From Myxococcales bacterium (GTDB taxonomy: Bacteria > Myxococcota > B64-G9): 42,067 bases of DNA. This document shows, piece by piece, positions 9,529 through 18,719 of the stretch. Positions within the stretch are counted from its first letter, which is position 1. Every line of letters begins with the position of its first letter. The stretch is from positions 1-42,067 of the forward strand of contig JALVPF010000173.1 in the NCBI GenBank assembly GCA_027031935.1. The letters run 5' to 3'. The position numbers and the translations under genes are program-made. Below the pieces are notes generated by a model, which saw nothing but the letters and a program-made list of their open reading frames with translations, ran no database searches and had not been told where the DNA came from.

Positions 9529-10394
9529 AAGAGATAGAAAATCCCGAAAGACTGATACACGATCCAAAGCTCGGCAAATGGCTTCGGCCGGCTGCAGATC
9601 GCATGTTGGAACCAGAACGTCTTTCCAGGTGCGCTCAGCTTATCCAGCAAAGGTTAGAGGAGACATCTCAAGCGAAAGGATCTTCCTGGTTTGACAGGAT
9701 TTTTTGGTCGCGCAGGATGATGCGGGCCGTGGTACCAGCTTTGCTCTTGATAAGTATATCCGTGGGCGCCACCTACCTGATCAGGGTCTTTCGCGAGCCT
9801 GAAAAGGTCAAGCCACCTGAGGCCAAAGCGGTGCTTGTGAAGATAAAGCACAAACCAAGACCCTTGCCCAGGCTGACTGATTTACCTGAACCACCAAAAC
9901 CGGATAAACCATCCAAGCTGGTGAGGAGAAGACCGAAAACATTAAAAGTGGCTCAAGTGCAAACCGAAGCAGCAGAAACGGTGGAATCCCATACCAGCCC
10001 CCAGAGTCAACTGCTTGAGCAACTTCGTCTGTTCAAAAAAGCCAAGTCGGCAGCAGATAGTGCTGATGTGGCTGGTGCTCTGTCTGCGCTCGACGAGTTG
10101 AAGCGCCAATTTCCCAAAGGTCCTCTTGGCCCGGAAGCAGGGCTGCTCAGGGCCAGGATTCTTTATCAAGCGGGTCATTTTCGGCAGGCGGCCCAATGCA
10201 TTGCTGCTTTGATCGATGATCCTTCCCTTGCTGGCAAAAAAGCGCATCTTTTCCGTCTATTGGGTGACTGCCATGTCCACCTGAAAGAGTGTGAAGCGGC
10301 GCGAGAGGCTTTTCGTCGTGCGTTGGGGCTTGGGCTCTCCGGCACAGAAGCCGATGAGGCAAGACGAGGAATAAAAAAATGCACCCGTCAGTAA
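9525..10394 (+). CDS. Single-TM protein with Pro/Lys linker and C-terminal TPR-like helices; probable anti-sigma factor
   Basis: ATGA overlap with the sigma gene; TM AVVPALLLISISVGATYLI; TPR-like ALDELKRQFPKGPLGPEAGLLRARILY and LLGDCHVHL...AREAFRRAL. Confidence 0.65.
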   Translation: MKEIENPERLIHDPKLGKWLRPAADRMLEPERLSRCAQLIQQRLEETSQAKGSSWFDRIFWSRRMMRAVVPALLLISISVGATYLIRVFREPEKVKPPEAKAVLVKIKHKPRPLPRLTDLPEPPKPDKPSKLVRRRPKTLKVAQVQTEAAETVESHTSPQSQLLEQLRLFKKAKSAADSADVAGALSALDELKRQFPKGPLGPEAGLLRARILYQAGHFRQAAQCIAALIDDPSLAGKKAHLFRLLGDCHVHLKECEAAREAFRRALGLGLSGTEADEARRGIKKCTRQ

Positions 10395-10400
10395 TTTTTT

Positions 10401-10427
10401 TGAAGGTTTTCTGTGTATCTGGGGAAT
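10401..10427 (+). promoter_or_regulatory. Candidate ECF promoter, copy 2
   Basis: TGAAGGTTTTC-N9-GGGGAAT in the gap before the RCC1 lipoprotein gene. Confidence 0.55.
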
Positions 10428-10460
10428 AAGCCATTAGACACAATAAACCTGGAGGAAAGA

Positions 10461-12944
10461 ATGCGTTTTATTATTGCCAGATATCATTGGATTTTTTCAA
10501 TAATTCTTCCACTTTTCCTGATGGCAGGCTGCGACACCGCTGTGGTGGGAGATGAACAATGTGGAAACGGGCTCCTGGACGACAAGGAGCTGTGTGATGT
10601 GGGAATTGCCTCAGGGCAAGGTAGATGTCCTGAGGAAGAAGATTGTGATGATGGATCTGATTGCACCATAGATAGCCTGTCAGGGCAGGATTGTATGGCC
10701 AGGTGTGAGCATGAAGCGATCACCGTGTTTGTTGACGATGACGGTTGTTGTCCTGAAGGTGCAGGGCCGGAGGATGATTCTGATTGTGGCGCTTGCGAAA
10801 ATGAGTGTTCAGCCTCAGGGGACACCGAGTGTACGGACGGTAGCTTGAGAACTTGTCTTTCTGACCAAAGAGGATGTTTGTACTGGGGTGAGTATGTTGA
10901 TTGCCCGGACAAGGCCTGTGATGGGGATGTGTGCTCCGGTTGCACACCGGACTGTGCAAACATGGAGTGTGGCATGGATCCTGTCTGCGGCAGCAGTTGT
11001 GGAGAATGCAGCGATGGAAAAGAGTGCGAAGACGGTCAGTGCGTTTGTGTACCGGATACCACAACCGGCTGTTACGACGGGGATGTGTATCACTTTGATT
11101 CCTGTGGAAATCCAGGGGATAAGCTAACAGATTGCTCCTATGGCTGTAGTGATGGTCAGTGTGACAATTGTACACCAAACTGCAACGGCCTCGAATGCGG
11201 TCCGGATCCCGTTTGTGGTATAAGCTGTGGACAATGTGATGTCGGACAGGATTGTAATATGGCTGGTCAATGCATATGCGATGTGGATTATCATTTATGC
11301 GGTGACAGTTGTGTCTCGGATTACTCTACACAAAGCTGCGGACAGAGTTGTACCTCCTGCCCTGATGATCCCCATGGCGTTGCCAACTGCGATGGCGAAA
11401 GCTGTGGCATAGACTGCGATGCTGACTATCACCTTTGCAATGGAACTTGTGCGTCAGATTATTCACCACAGAGCTGTGGACAAAGTTGCACGACCTGCCC
11501 TGATGATCCCAATGGCACTGCCACCTGCGATGGTACGAGTTGCGGTATTGAGTGCAACGCAGACTATCATCTTTGCAACGGAACTTGTGCATCAGATTAT
11601 TCAACTGAGAGCTGCGGACAGAGTTGTACTCCCTGCCCTGATGATGATCCCAATGGCGCTGCCACCTGCGATGGTACAAGTTGCGGTATTGAGTGCAACG
11701 CAGACTATCACCTTTGCAATGGCAGTTGTTTGTCAAGCCAAAGCACTGACCACTGTGGAAATCTCTGCAGTCCTTGTCCGGGTACGGAGCATGGCGCTGC
11801 AACCTGCGAAAATAATACCTGTGGGGTTGTTTGTGATGATGGATTTTTAAAAATAGACAATACCTGCCTTGCGGTATCTTCTATATCGCTTGGTAACGAA
11901 CATACATGTGCTCTTACCTCAACTGGCGGTGTAAAGTGCTGGGGTTATAACCTTAGCGGCCAACTCGGAGACGGATCTACCACAGTTAGGTACACGCCAG
12001 TGGACGTAGTTGGCTTGAGTTCCGGAGTAGTTGCGATCTCGGCAGGTTTTGAGCACACATGTGCTCTCACCTCAACTGGCAGTGTAAAGTGCTGGGGTTA
12101 TAACCTTAGCGGCCAACTCGGAGACGGTACAAGCACAGTTAGGCACACGCCAGTGGACATAGTTGGCTTGAGTTCAAATGTACAATTTGTCGCTATTTCG
12201 GGTGGTGGCTACCACACATGTGCTCTTACCTCAACTGGCGGTGTAAAGTGCTGGGGGGCTAATTATGACGGCCAACTTGGAGACGGATCTGACACAAATA
12301 GGTACACACCGGTGGACGTAGTTGGCTTGAGTTCCGGAGTAGTTGCGATCTCGGCAGGTTCTGAACACACATGTGCTCTTACCTCAACTGGTGGTTTAAA
12401 GTGCTGGGGGAATAATTCTTTCGGCGAACTCGGCGACGGATCTAACACAGTTAGGTACACGCCAGTGGACGTAGTTGGCTTGAGTTCCGGAGTAGTTGCG
12501 ATCTCGGCAGGTTTCGAACACACATGTGCTCTTATCTCAACTGGCGGTGTAAAGTGCTGGGGGGCTAACTATCACGGCCAACTTGGAGATGGTACTAGCA
12601 TCAATAGAGTTACTCCAGTGGATGTGTTTGGTTTGACATCAGGAGTATCTGCTGTTTCAGCTACTGGTGTTCACACATGTGTTCTTACCTCAACTGGCGG
12701 TGTAAAGTGCTGGGGGGCTAACTATCACGGCCAACTTGGAGATGGTACTAGCATCAATAGAGTCACTCCAGTGGACGTATTTGGCTTGAGTTCAGGAGAA
12801 GTTGCTGTCTCGATTGGTACTGAGCATTCTTGTGCGATTACAAGCACGGGCAGCTGCATGTGTTGGGGATTTAATGAAGAGGGTCCAATTGGAGACGGCA
12901 CAACAGCTGACAGACACACTCCAGTATTTGTTCTGGATCCCTAA
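10461..12944 (+). CDS. Cys-rich lipoprotein with C-terminal RCC1/BLIP-II-like 7-bladed beta-propeller
   Basis: SD GGAGG then ATG 10461; lipobox LMAG-C; Cys-rich stalk; seven H[TS]C...KCWG.N..GQLGDG...TPV blades. Confidence 0.85.
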   Translation: MRFIIARYHWIFSIILPLFLMAGCDTAVVGDEQCGNGLLDDKELCDVGIASGQGRCPEEEDCDDGSDCTIDSLSGQDCMARCEHEAITVFVDDDGCCPEGAGPEDDSDCGACENECSASGDTECTDGSLRTCLSDQRGCLYWGEYVDCPDKACDGDVCSGCTPDCANMECGMDPVCGSSCGECSDGKECEDGQCVCVPDTTTGCYDGDVYHFDSCGNPGDKLTDCSYGCSDGQCDNCTPNCNGLECGPDPVCGISCGQCDVGQDCNMAGQCICDVDYHLCGDSCVSDYSTQSCGQSCTSCPDDPHGVANCDGESCGIDCDADYHLCNGTCASDYSPQSCGQSCTTCPDDPNGTATCDGTSCGIECNADYHLCNGTCASDYSTESCGQSCTPCPDDDPNGAATCDGTSCGIECNADYHLCNGSCLSSQSTDHCGNLCSPCPGTEHGAATCENNTCGVVCDDGFLKIDNTCLAVSSISLGNEHTCALTSTGGVKCWGYNLSGQLGDGSTTVRYTPVDVVGLSSGVVAISAGFEHTCALTSTGSVKCWGYNLSGQLGDGTSTVRHTPVDIVGLSSNVQFVAISGGGYHTCALTSTGGVKCWGANYDGQLGDGSDTNRYTPVDVVGLSSGVVAISAGSEHTCALTSTGGLKCWGNNSFGELGDGSNTVRYTPVDVVGLSSGVVAISAGFEHTCALISTGGVKCWGANYHGQLGDGTSINRVTPVDVFGLTSGVSAVSATGVHTCVLTSTGGVKCWGANYHGQLGDGTSINRVTPVDVFGLSSGEVAVSIGTEHSCAITSTGSCMCWGFNEEGPIGDGTTADRHTPVFVLDP
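11278..11832 (+). repeat. About four tandem 138-bp (46-aa) Cys-rich repeats
   Basis: Unit [35 protein letters not shown]. Copy 3 has an extra Asp codon and copy 4 is divergent. Confidence 0.85.
11871..12941 (+). repeat. Seven RCC1-like blade repeats of about 50 aa, highly similar at DNA level
   Basis: Recurrent ACATGTGCTCTTACCTCAACTGGCGGTGTAAAGTGCTGGGG and TTGGCTTGAGTTCCGGAGTAGTTGCGATCTCGGCAGGTT. Confidence 0.9.
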
Positions 12945-13004
12945 AATCACTAGCCATGCTATGTGTTCGACGCTAGAAGCCCAAGCTGAGCATGAGCACT
13001 AGTT

Positions 13005-13160
13005 TTAATCCTCAGAAGTGCCGGTGAGCTTTCCTGACCATAGATCCTGTACGAAACCATCAAAAGAAATTATCTCGATGGGGCAATGCTTTTCATTTTC
13101 GAGCAAACGTTTTCTTGGCTGAATGCTGACGACGATGGCTCGTCGTGGTTGGAATCTAAT
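13005..13160 (-). pseudogene. Possible C-terminal remnant of an AAA_14/DUF4143-type ATPase gene
   Basis: Hand translation IRFQPRRAIVVSIQPRKRLLENEKHCPIEIISFDGFVQDLWSGKLTGTSED*. An in-frame stop lies 10 codons upstream and there is no start codon. The family resemblance is from memory. Confidence 0.45.
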
Positions 13161-13373
13161 AACAAAAGTCGATTGAAAAACAAGGGGTTAATTTTACTCA
13201 TTTGAAGTGTGCTCCAGATTGGTTCAACTAACTCGGAGCGTACTCCAAATCAGTTTAATATGCTTTCTAGCCAGTGCTCTCGATATTTATCTTTATGGAG
13301 CGCGAGCGAGAATGGAAATCCGGCGATGTGTGATTCTTGCCTACCTGGTGCAAGTCATGGTAAACCAGTTGAT

Positions 13374-14930
13374 ATGGCTGACTGGAATGAACTCTCGGAC
13401 TTGATGGTCATCAAGCGCCTTGCCCAGATAATCAACAATCGTTGGGGACTGGGGCTGGGGTTTGCAGACGCGGAGGGAAAGCTGGCCAAGGGGCCTGGCC
13501 TGGATCGCCTGGCCACATCCAGGCCTGTGTGCGATCTGCTGAAGTCTGTTCCAATGGGCAGGGCGCGGTGTGAAGCCGTGGCAGGCATGATAAACAAACA
13601 GCATGAAGAGGCGGGCGCGCCGGATGGACCAGCTTGTATACTGTGTCATGCCGGACTTTCAGAGTTTTACGTGCCGGTGCAGGTGGAAGGTGAGAAGCAG
13701 GGTCTCATTTTGGCAGGGGGTTTTCTGCGGGAAAAAGACCTGGAAGAACAAATAGACGAAGTGCTGCAGAGATGTGCAGATCTCCCGGTGGCCAAGGCCG
13801 AGCTGCGTCGCGCGTGCAAGAAAAGCCCCATCCTGAGCGCGGAATCAGAGGACTACATATCGGATTTGCTGGAGCTGGTGGTCAAGGAGATCTTTGTCTA
13901 CCAGGAGGAGGTTTCACGCAAGGAGCGAAGACTGGATCGGCTCACCAAGGAGATGGCCGAGAGGTCCAGCTATGGTCAGATAATCGGAAAGAGTGCTCCC
14001 ATGAGGGAGCTTTATCAGCTGCTGGACAGGGTTTCGGGTACAGATTCCACCGTATTGATCATGGGGGAAAATGGTACTGGAAAAGAACTGGTGGCCAGGG
14101 CCGTGCATTTCAATTCCAAACGCAAGGATAAGCCCTTTGTGGTTCAGAACTGCTCCGCTTTCAATGACAACCTCTTGGACTCGGAGCTTTTCGGTCACGC
14201 CAGGGGAGCTTTTACCGGCGCGGTGGGCTCCAAAAAGGGCCTCTTCGAAGTTGCTGACAAGGGCACTTTTTTTCTCGATGAAGTTGGAGAGATGAGCCCG
14301 TCTCTGCAGGTGAAACTGCTGCGTATATTGCAGGAGGGTACCTTCATTCCGGTAGGTTCCACAATGGAACGAAAGGTGGATGTCAGGATCATCGCTGCGA
14401 CAAACCGCAACCTCAAGCACATGGTGGAACAGGGGACGTTCAGAGAGGACTTGTACTATAGACTCAATGTGGTCACCATCAACCTGCCCTCCCTCAAGGA
14501 CCGCAGAGATGACATTCCCTTGCTCGTGGAACACTTTTTGGAAAAACACTCAGGAGAAGGCAAGGTAAAAAAACTTTCTCCTGCCTGCCTGCAGCGCATG
14601 ATGGATTATCACTGGCCTGGGAACGTAAGAGAACTTGAAAACGAGATAGAGCGATTGATCGTCCTTCGCGGCAGTGACGAAGTCATAGGAGAGGAGTTTC
14701 TCTCCCCTAGGATAAGATATGACATTTATCCCACATCGAAAGATGCTTCTCCCGAAACAGCACCCACGCTTCCCCAGGCCATAGAACTCCTTGAGCGAAC
14801 GATGATCCTGGACCATCTCAAGAGGGCGAGGTGGAACAAGACAAAGGCAGCCAAGGCCCTGGGGATTTCGCGTCGTAACCTCATAAGAAAAGTTCAGGCT
14901 TTCAATCTCGACAGAAGAAAAAACCGGTAG
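13374..14930 (+). CDS. Sigma54-dependent enhancer-binding protein with N-terminal PocR-like sensor and Fis HTH
   Basis: CHAGL...VPVQVEG...GLILAGG (PocR-like), GENGTGKE, ELFGH..GAFTGA, FLDEVGE, FREDLYYRLNV, WPGNVRELEN, AAKALGISR. Start at 13374 is inferred. Confidence 0.9.
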   Translation: MADWNELSDLMVIKRLAQIINNRWGLGLGFADAEGKLAKGPGLDRLATSRPVCDLLKSVPMGRARCEAVAGMINKQHEEAGAPDGPACILCHAGLSEFYVPVQVEGEKQGLILAGGFLREKDLEEQIDEVLQRCADLPVAKAELRRACKKSPILSAESEDYISDLLELVVKEIFVYQEEVSRKERRLDRLTKEMAERSSYGQIIGKSAPMRELYQLLDRVSGTDSTVLIMGENGTGKELVARAVHFNSKRKDKPFVVQNCSAFNDNLLDSELFGHARGAFTGAVGSKKGLFEVADKGTFFLDEVGEMSPSLQVKLLRILQEGTFIPVGSTMERKVDVRIIAATNRNLKHMVEQGTFREDLYYRLNVVTINLPSLKDRRDDIPLLVEHFLEKHSGEGKVKKLSPACLQRMMDYHWPGNVRELENEIERLIVLRGSDEVIGEEFLSPRIRYDIYPTSKDASPETAPTLPQAIELLERTMILDHLKRARWNKTKAAKALGISRRNLIRKVQAFNLDRRKNR

Positions 14931-14938
14931 TTTCCTGA

Positions 14939-16630
14939 TCAGGGAGATATGCAGGAACCTGAGTCCTGCCTGATTTCATGGGTCGATTTTACAGATGCCT
15001 GCTTTTTGGTGCTCGTGACTTTTGTTCTTGGATCTTCAGGGGACCACTCTGCGATGCTCTCTGTCTCCACCTTGCATCTTCCTTGGCAAGTGTAGTTGTA
15101 ATTGCTGTTGTAGTTCCAGCCCATGAGACTCGATGCTCCGCCACCGCGGGTGGTAACCAGAAAATCGTGATAAAGGTGTCCAAAGGAGTCTGCACGTTGC
15201 GCTTCGGTGGGCTTGTCCCCCCGGGAGGGATCTACCGGGATCCAACCGTAAGGAGGCAGGTAGACCTCCACCCAGCGATGGAATACGTCATCGTACGATG
15301 CGTCATCCCTTCGAACCACCAACGAACCGGAATACCTGGCAGGAAGTCCAGCGGCCCTGCACATGGCGATGAACACGAAGGAGTATTCCGAACATGAGCC
15401 GGAACCGCGCTCCAGCACCTTTGGCGCAACGTCCCAACCTCCCACCATTTCGTAATGCATTTTTTCATGTATATAGCCATAAATTTTTCTCGCTATCCAG
15501 TAGGGATTGCGTTCACGACCCACGGCTTCTTTTACCGCAGCACGTATTATGGGGCTGTGGATCAGATATTTGGATTCGTCTTTCAGGTATCGCCTGCGTA
15601 TGTTTGCAGGAATTTTTCCAAGGCTCTTTACCTTGTGCGGGTAGATGACATGGTGGACGGTCCATGCTCGAATCTTGGCCGTCATTTTTACGGTTGCCCA
15701 TTTTCCAGCAGGAAGGTCCTTGAATGTGAACACTGCAGCCTTCTGTCCCCACTGGTCCGATTTTTTCTTGAAATCTTTGGGCTCGAATGAGGGTCTCTCA
15801 AGCAACTCCTGCTCCGGGCTCTCTTCTGGTATGGCCACGAAAATATGGGCCTTGGGAACAGGATCGGGACCGAAATTTCTAAGCTGCGTGGTAAATACCA
15901 CCCACTCTTGCCTTGGATCAGTGCGGATCATGTGTGTGTCGTCATCGATGGAGGCAAAATAGACCTTGTCGGTCTGGTAGTCTGTCACAAGCACCTGGTC
16001 TTTGTATGCCGCAAGCCCGGAAGAATGAGGACCAGGCGCAGGCAAGGTCGCGATCACCTGTGCCGACGGGATATCAATGGCGTAGAGCTGATCGCTCAAC
16101 CTGTCGGCCACCCACAGGTACCTGCCATCAAAGGCCAGGCCGTCTACGCTCCTGGAAGGAAAGGGTATCTCGCTGATGGTGGTCCCGTCCTCCGGGTCCA
16201 CCTGGTGGATGGCTTTGGTGGCATCGTCCGAGAGCCAAAGGCTCTTTCCGTCGAAGGCCAGCGCATGGGGTGCTGGCACGGGAGAAGGAATGACCCTGGT
16301 GATGAGTCCGTCCGAGGTTCTGATACGGTACAACTGAGCAGAGGCTGTATCTGCGTTCCACAGTTGCTGTCCATCGAAGGCAAGGCCTGCCGGTCTGTAT
16401 CCCGGGCTCTTGATTTTGCGAACGACTCTTCCATCCGCAGGATCCTCGGCCATGAGCACATCAAGACCGTGATCCGAAAGCCACAGGAGCTTTCCGTCGA
16501 AGGCGGCTCCAGTGCAGGTCTTGAGTTTGGAAGGAAGTTCCTTCGTGACAGCGCCTGGCTCAGCATATACACTTGTGACAGTAGACATCAGAACCAGCAA
16601 CACTATCCAATAGTGGTAAACTTTCTTCAT
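14939..16630 (-). CDS. Secreted transglutaminase-like (Cys protease fold) protein with N-terminal beta-propeller repeats
   Basis: Signal peptide after SD GGAGGTGA; repeated GLAFDG..LW..D; triad GSCSEYS / HRWVEVY / VDPS. Confidence 0.85.
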   Translation of the reverse strand: MKKVYHYWIVLLVLMSTVTSVYAEPGAVTKELPSKLKTCTGAAFDGKLLWLSDHGLDVLMAEDPADGRVVRKIKSPGYRPAGLAFDGQQLWNADTASAQLYRIRTSDGLITRVIPSPVPAPHALAFDGKSLWLSDDATKAIHQVDPEDGTTISEIPFPSRSVDGLAFDGRYLWVADRLSDQLYAIDIPSAQVIATLPAPGPHSSGLAAYKDQVLVTDYQTDKVYFASIDDDTHMIRTDPRQEWVVFTTQLRNFGPDPVPKAHIFVAIPEESPEQELLERPSFEPKDFKKKSDQWGQKAAVFTFKDLPAGKWATVKMTAKIRAWTVHHVIYPHKVKSLGKIPANIRRRYLKDESKYLIHSPIIRAAVKEAVGRERNPYWIARKIYGYIHEKMHYEMVGGWDVAPKVLERGSGSCSEYSFVFIAMCRAAGLPARYSGSLVVRRDDASYDDVFHRWVEVYLPPYGWIPVDPSRGDKPTEAQRADSFGHLYHDFLVTTRGGGASSLMGWNYNSNYNYTCQGRCKVETESIAEWSPEDPRTKVTSTKKQASVKSTHEIRQDSGSCISP

Positions 16631-16821
16631 TGGTTCACCTCCCAATCCGTAATATCAGATGTATTGAACTTGAGCTGTGAAGCAATTGCAACATTTGCTT
16701 TTGGAAATGTCAGGCCTGTTTGCTAGCATCTTGCGTGACTTTGCATATTACAAGAGATCACGGTTGACTTGCTGTGCAGGATCGTGTTTCTATGACTCAG
16801 TTTTCAAAGGAGGCAAAAAAC

Positions 16822-17304
16822 ATGGCCGGTGTCAACAAGGTAATCATTCTAGGCAACCTGGGAGCTGATCCGGAAATTCGCTACACCCAGAGCGGTTCTC
16901 CTGTGGCGAATTTCACAGTGGCGACCAACGAGCGTTGGACGGGAAAAGATGGCCAGTCACAGGAACGCACCGAGTGGCATCGAATAGTGGTCTTTGGTCG
17001 TCTTGCAGAACTCTGCCGTGACTACTTGGCCAAGGGACGGCAGGTATACCTGGAGGGAAGACTTCAGACCCGCAAGTGGGAAGATCGAGACGGTAACAAG
17101 CGTTCAACTACTGAGATAGTTGCACAGACCATTCAGTTTCTTGGCCGGGGTGGTTCCGGCTCAGGCCAGGGCGGCGGACAGGGCCAGGGCGGAGGTCAAG
17201 GTGGTGGCGACTATGGTCCCGGCTCTGAAAACTATGACGCACCTTCGGGTGGCGGTTATGGTGGGGGAAATCCGCCTATCTCAGATGACGACGTGCCCTT
17301 CTAG
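16822..17304 (+). CDS. ssb: Single-stranded DNA-binding protein
   Basis: [34 protein letters not shown], Gly-rich linker, DDDVPF tail; SD AGGAGG. Confidence 0.97.
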   Translation: MAGVNKVIILGNLGADPEIRYTQSGSPVANFTVATNERWTGKDGQSQERTEWHRIVVFGRLAELCRDYLAKGRQVYLEGRLQTRKWEDRDGNKRSTTEIVAQTIQFLGRGGSGSGQGGGQGQGGGQGGGDYGPGSENYDAPSGGGYGGGNPPISDDDVPF

Positions 17305-17371
17305 CCCTCATCTTGAAAAGCTCCACCCCCGGATCATCGAGGGCAGAGCTTGAAAGAGGCGGATTCAATAA

Positions 17372-18634
17372 CTATAGGCATCTTCCATCGGTACAGGCCA
17401 GGCCGTCCTGGCAGTCTGAATTACAAGAGCAGGCCAGAGGATCAAAACAGTAGCCATCCTGACACTGTTGGTCAGCCGGGCATTCCGAGTCTTCGCAGCA
17501 TGGGATCTTGCACTGTCCGTCCACACACTCTTGTCCAAGCTCGCAGTCGGAGTTGAATCTGCACTCGGGTGGAATTTCGCTCTGGTCCCTGCATACGCCG
17601 CAGTCACAAAACTGCCCGGCTTCACAATCCATATCCCCTTGGCACAGGTTTCGACATTGGGTGTCGACACAAATTTGTCCATCGGCACAGTCTGTATCAT
17701 GAGCACACTCAGGGTCCGGTCTGGGCTTGTCCACGCAGATGAAATCCTGGCAAATCTGGGCAGGTGGACAGTCGGCGTCGCCGCCACACAGGGCAGAGCA
17801 ATGGTTGTCTATGCATAACAGGTTCCCTTCGCACTCATCGGAAGAGGTACACGAATCATCCGGGCCTGGTATGCAGATGTGATCCTCGCAGAGCATGGTA
17901 TCAGGACAATCTGAATTCATCTGGCACAGGCTGGCGCAGGCGCCATCGATACACACCTGGGATCCAGGACAGTCCTGGGAAGAGCTACAGTCAACGGTGC
18001 TGGGATCTTCAGGCCGACAGGTGCCAGCGTCGCAGATTTCGCCCTCAGCGCAGTCTGCCTGGCTTGAGCATCCCGCAGGTACACAAGAACCATTGTGACA
18101 CGCCTGGCCTTGTTCGCAGTCGCTGTCGTCAATGCACTGGACCTGCACGCAGACCTGTCTGACACATATGTTCATCTCGGGACAGTCTTCGTCTGTTTCG
18201 CACATGGCAGGACTTGCATCCTGACAGGTGTTTTCTATGCAGAGTTCATCCGGTGCACAATCGTAATCGTTCCAGCAGCCGACTCCGTCAACGAACCAGC
18301 AGCTGTCACAGTCGCACTGGTAGCAGCCACCACTGTCACAGAACTGAGTCTGCTCGTTACACTGCTCCTCGCAGTAGCCTGCATAACATATCTCCCCGGC
18401 ATAGCAATCAGCGTCTGTCCAACACTCCTGATAACCATCGTCCACCGGGTAGCATCCATAGCAGTCGCATTCGTAACACGAATCATTGTCACAAAAGTAA
18501 TCGTAACAGTCGCCACAACCATCGTCATAGCAATCGTCCCAACAGTCGTCATCCAGGCAGAACGGACATCCGCTCAGACCGGCAGTCAGCGAAAACAAGA
18601 ACGCGGCCGCCAAAATGGTTTTCAGGATTTTCAT
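17372..18634 (-). CDS. Cys-rich repeat lipoprotein
   Basis: Lipobox LSG-C; 14 copies of C-x5-C-x5-C-x4-C; SD AGGAGG. Confidence 0.85.
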   Translation of the reverse strand: MKILKTILAAAFLFSLTAGLSGCPFCLDDDCWDDCYDDGCGDCYDYFCDNDSCYECDCYGCYPVDDGYQECWTDADCYAGEICYAGYCEEQCNEQTQFCDSGGCYQCDCDSCWFVDGVGCWNDYDCAPDELCIENTCQDASPAMCETDEDCPEMNICVRQVCVQVQCIDDSDCEQGQACHNGSCVPAGCSSQADCAEGEICDAGTCRPEDPSTVDCSSSQDCPGSQVCIDGACASLCQMNSDCPDTMLCEDHICIPGPDDSCTSSDECEGNLLCIDNHCSALCGGDADCPPAQICQDFICVDKPRPDPECAHDTDCADGQICVDTQCRNLCQGDMDCEAGQFCDCGVCRDQSEIPPECRFNSDCELGQECVDGQCKIPCCEDSECPADQQCQDGYCFDPLACSCNSDCQDGLACTDGRCL

Positions 18635-18703
18635 GTTCTTCCTCCTTTGAGGCTGCCCTTGTCAGGGAAGCAATAAATTTTGTCTTGCTTGGTCCGAGTC
18701 TTA

Positions 18704-18719
18704 TGCACGTGTTGTGCCA
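18704..18719 (-). promoter_or_regulatory. Sigma54 (-24/-12) promoter candidate
   Basis: Minus strand TGGCACAACACGTGCA (GG-N10-GC), 70 nt upstream of ATG 18634, with an AT-rich tract further upstream. Confidence 0.6.

Noticed and set aside
11278-12941. Regular DNA repeats as a possible CRISPR array or DGR template
   Set aside because: The repeats are in frame and protein-coding with no unique spacers, and no cas or reverse transcriptase gene is in the window.
13209-13373. N-terminal extension of the sigma54 activator in the ORF track
   Set aside because: AT-rich, intergenic-like sequence containing a promoter-like element; ATG 13374 is more plausible.
17305-17371. Weak hairpin (AAGCTC...GAGCTT) between ssb and the convergent lipoprotein gene
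   Set aside because: Imperfect stem with no U-tract; not enough to call a terminator or ncRNA.
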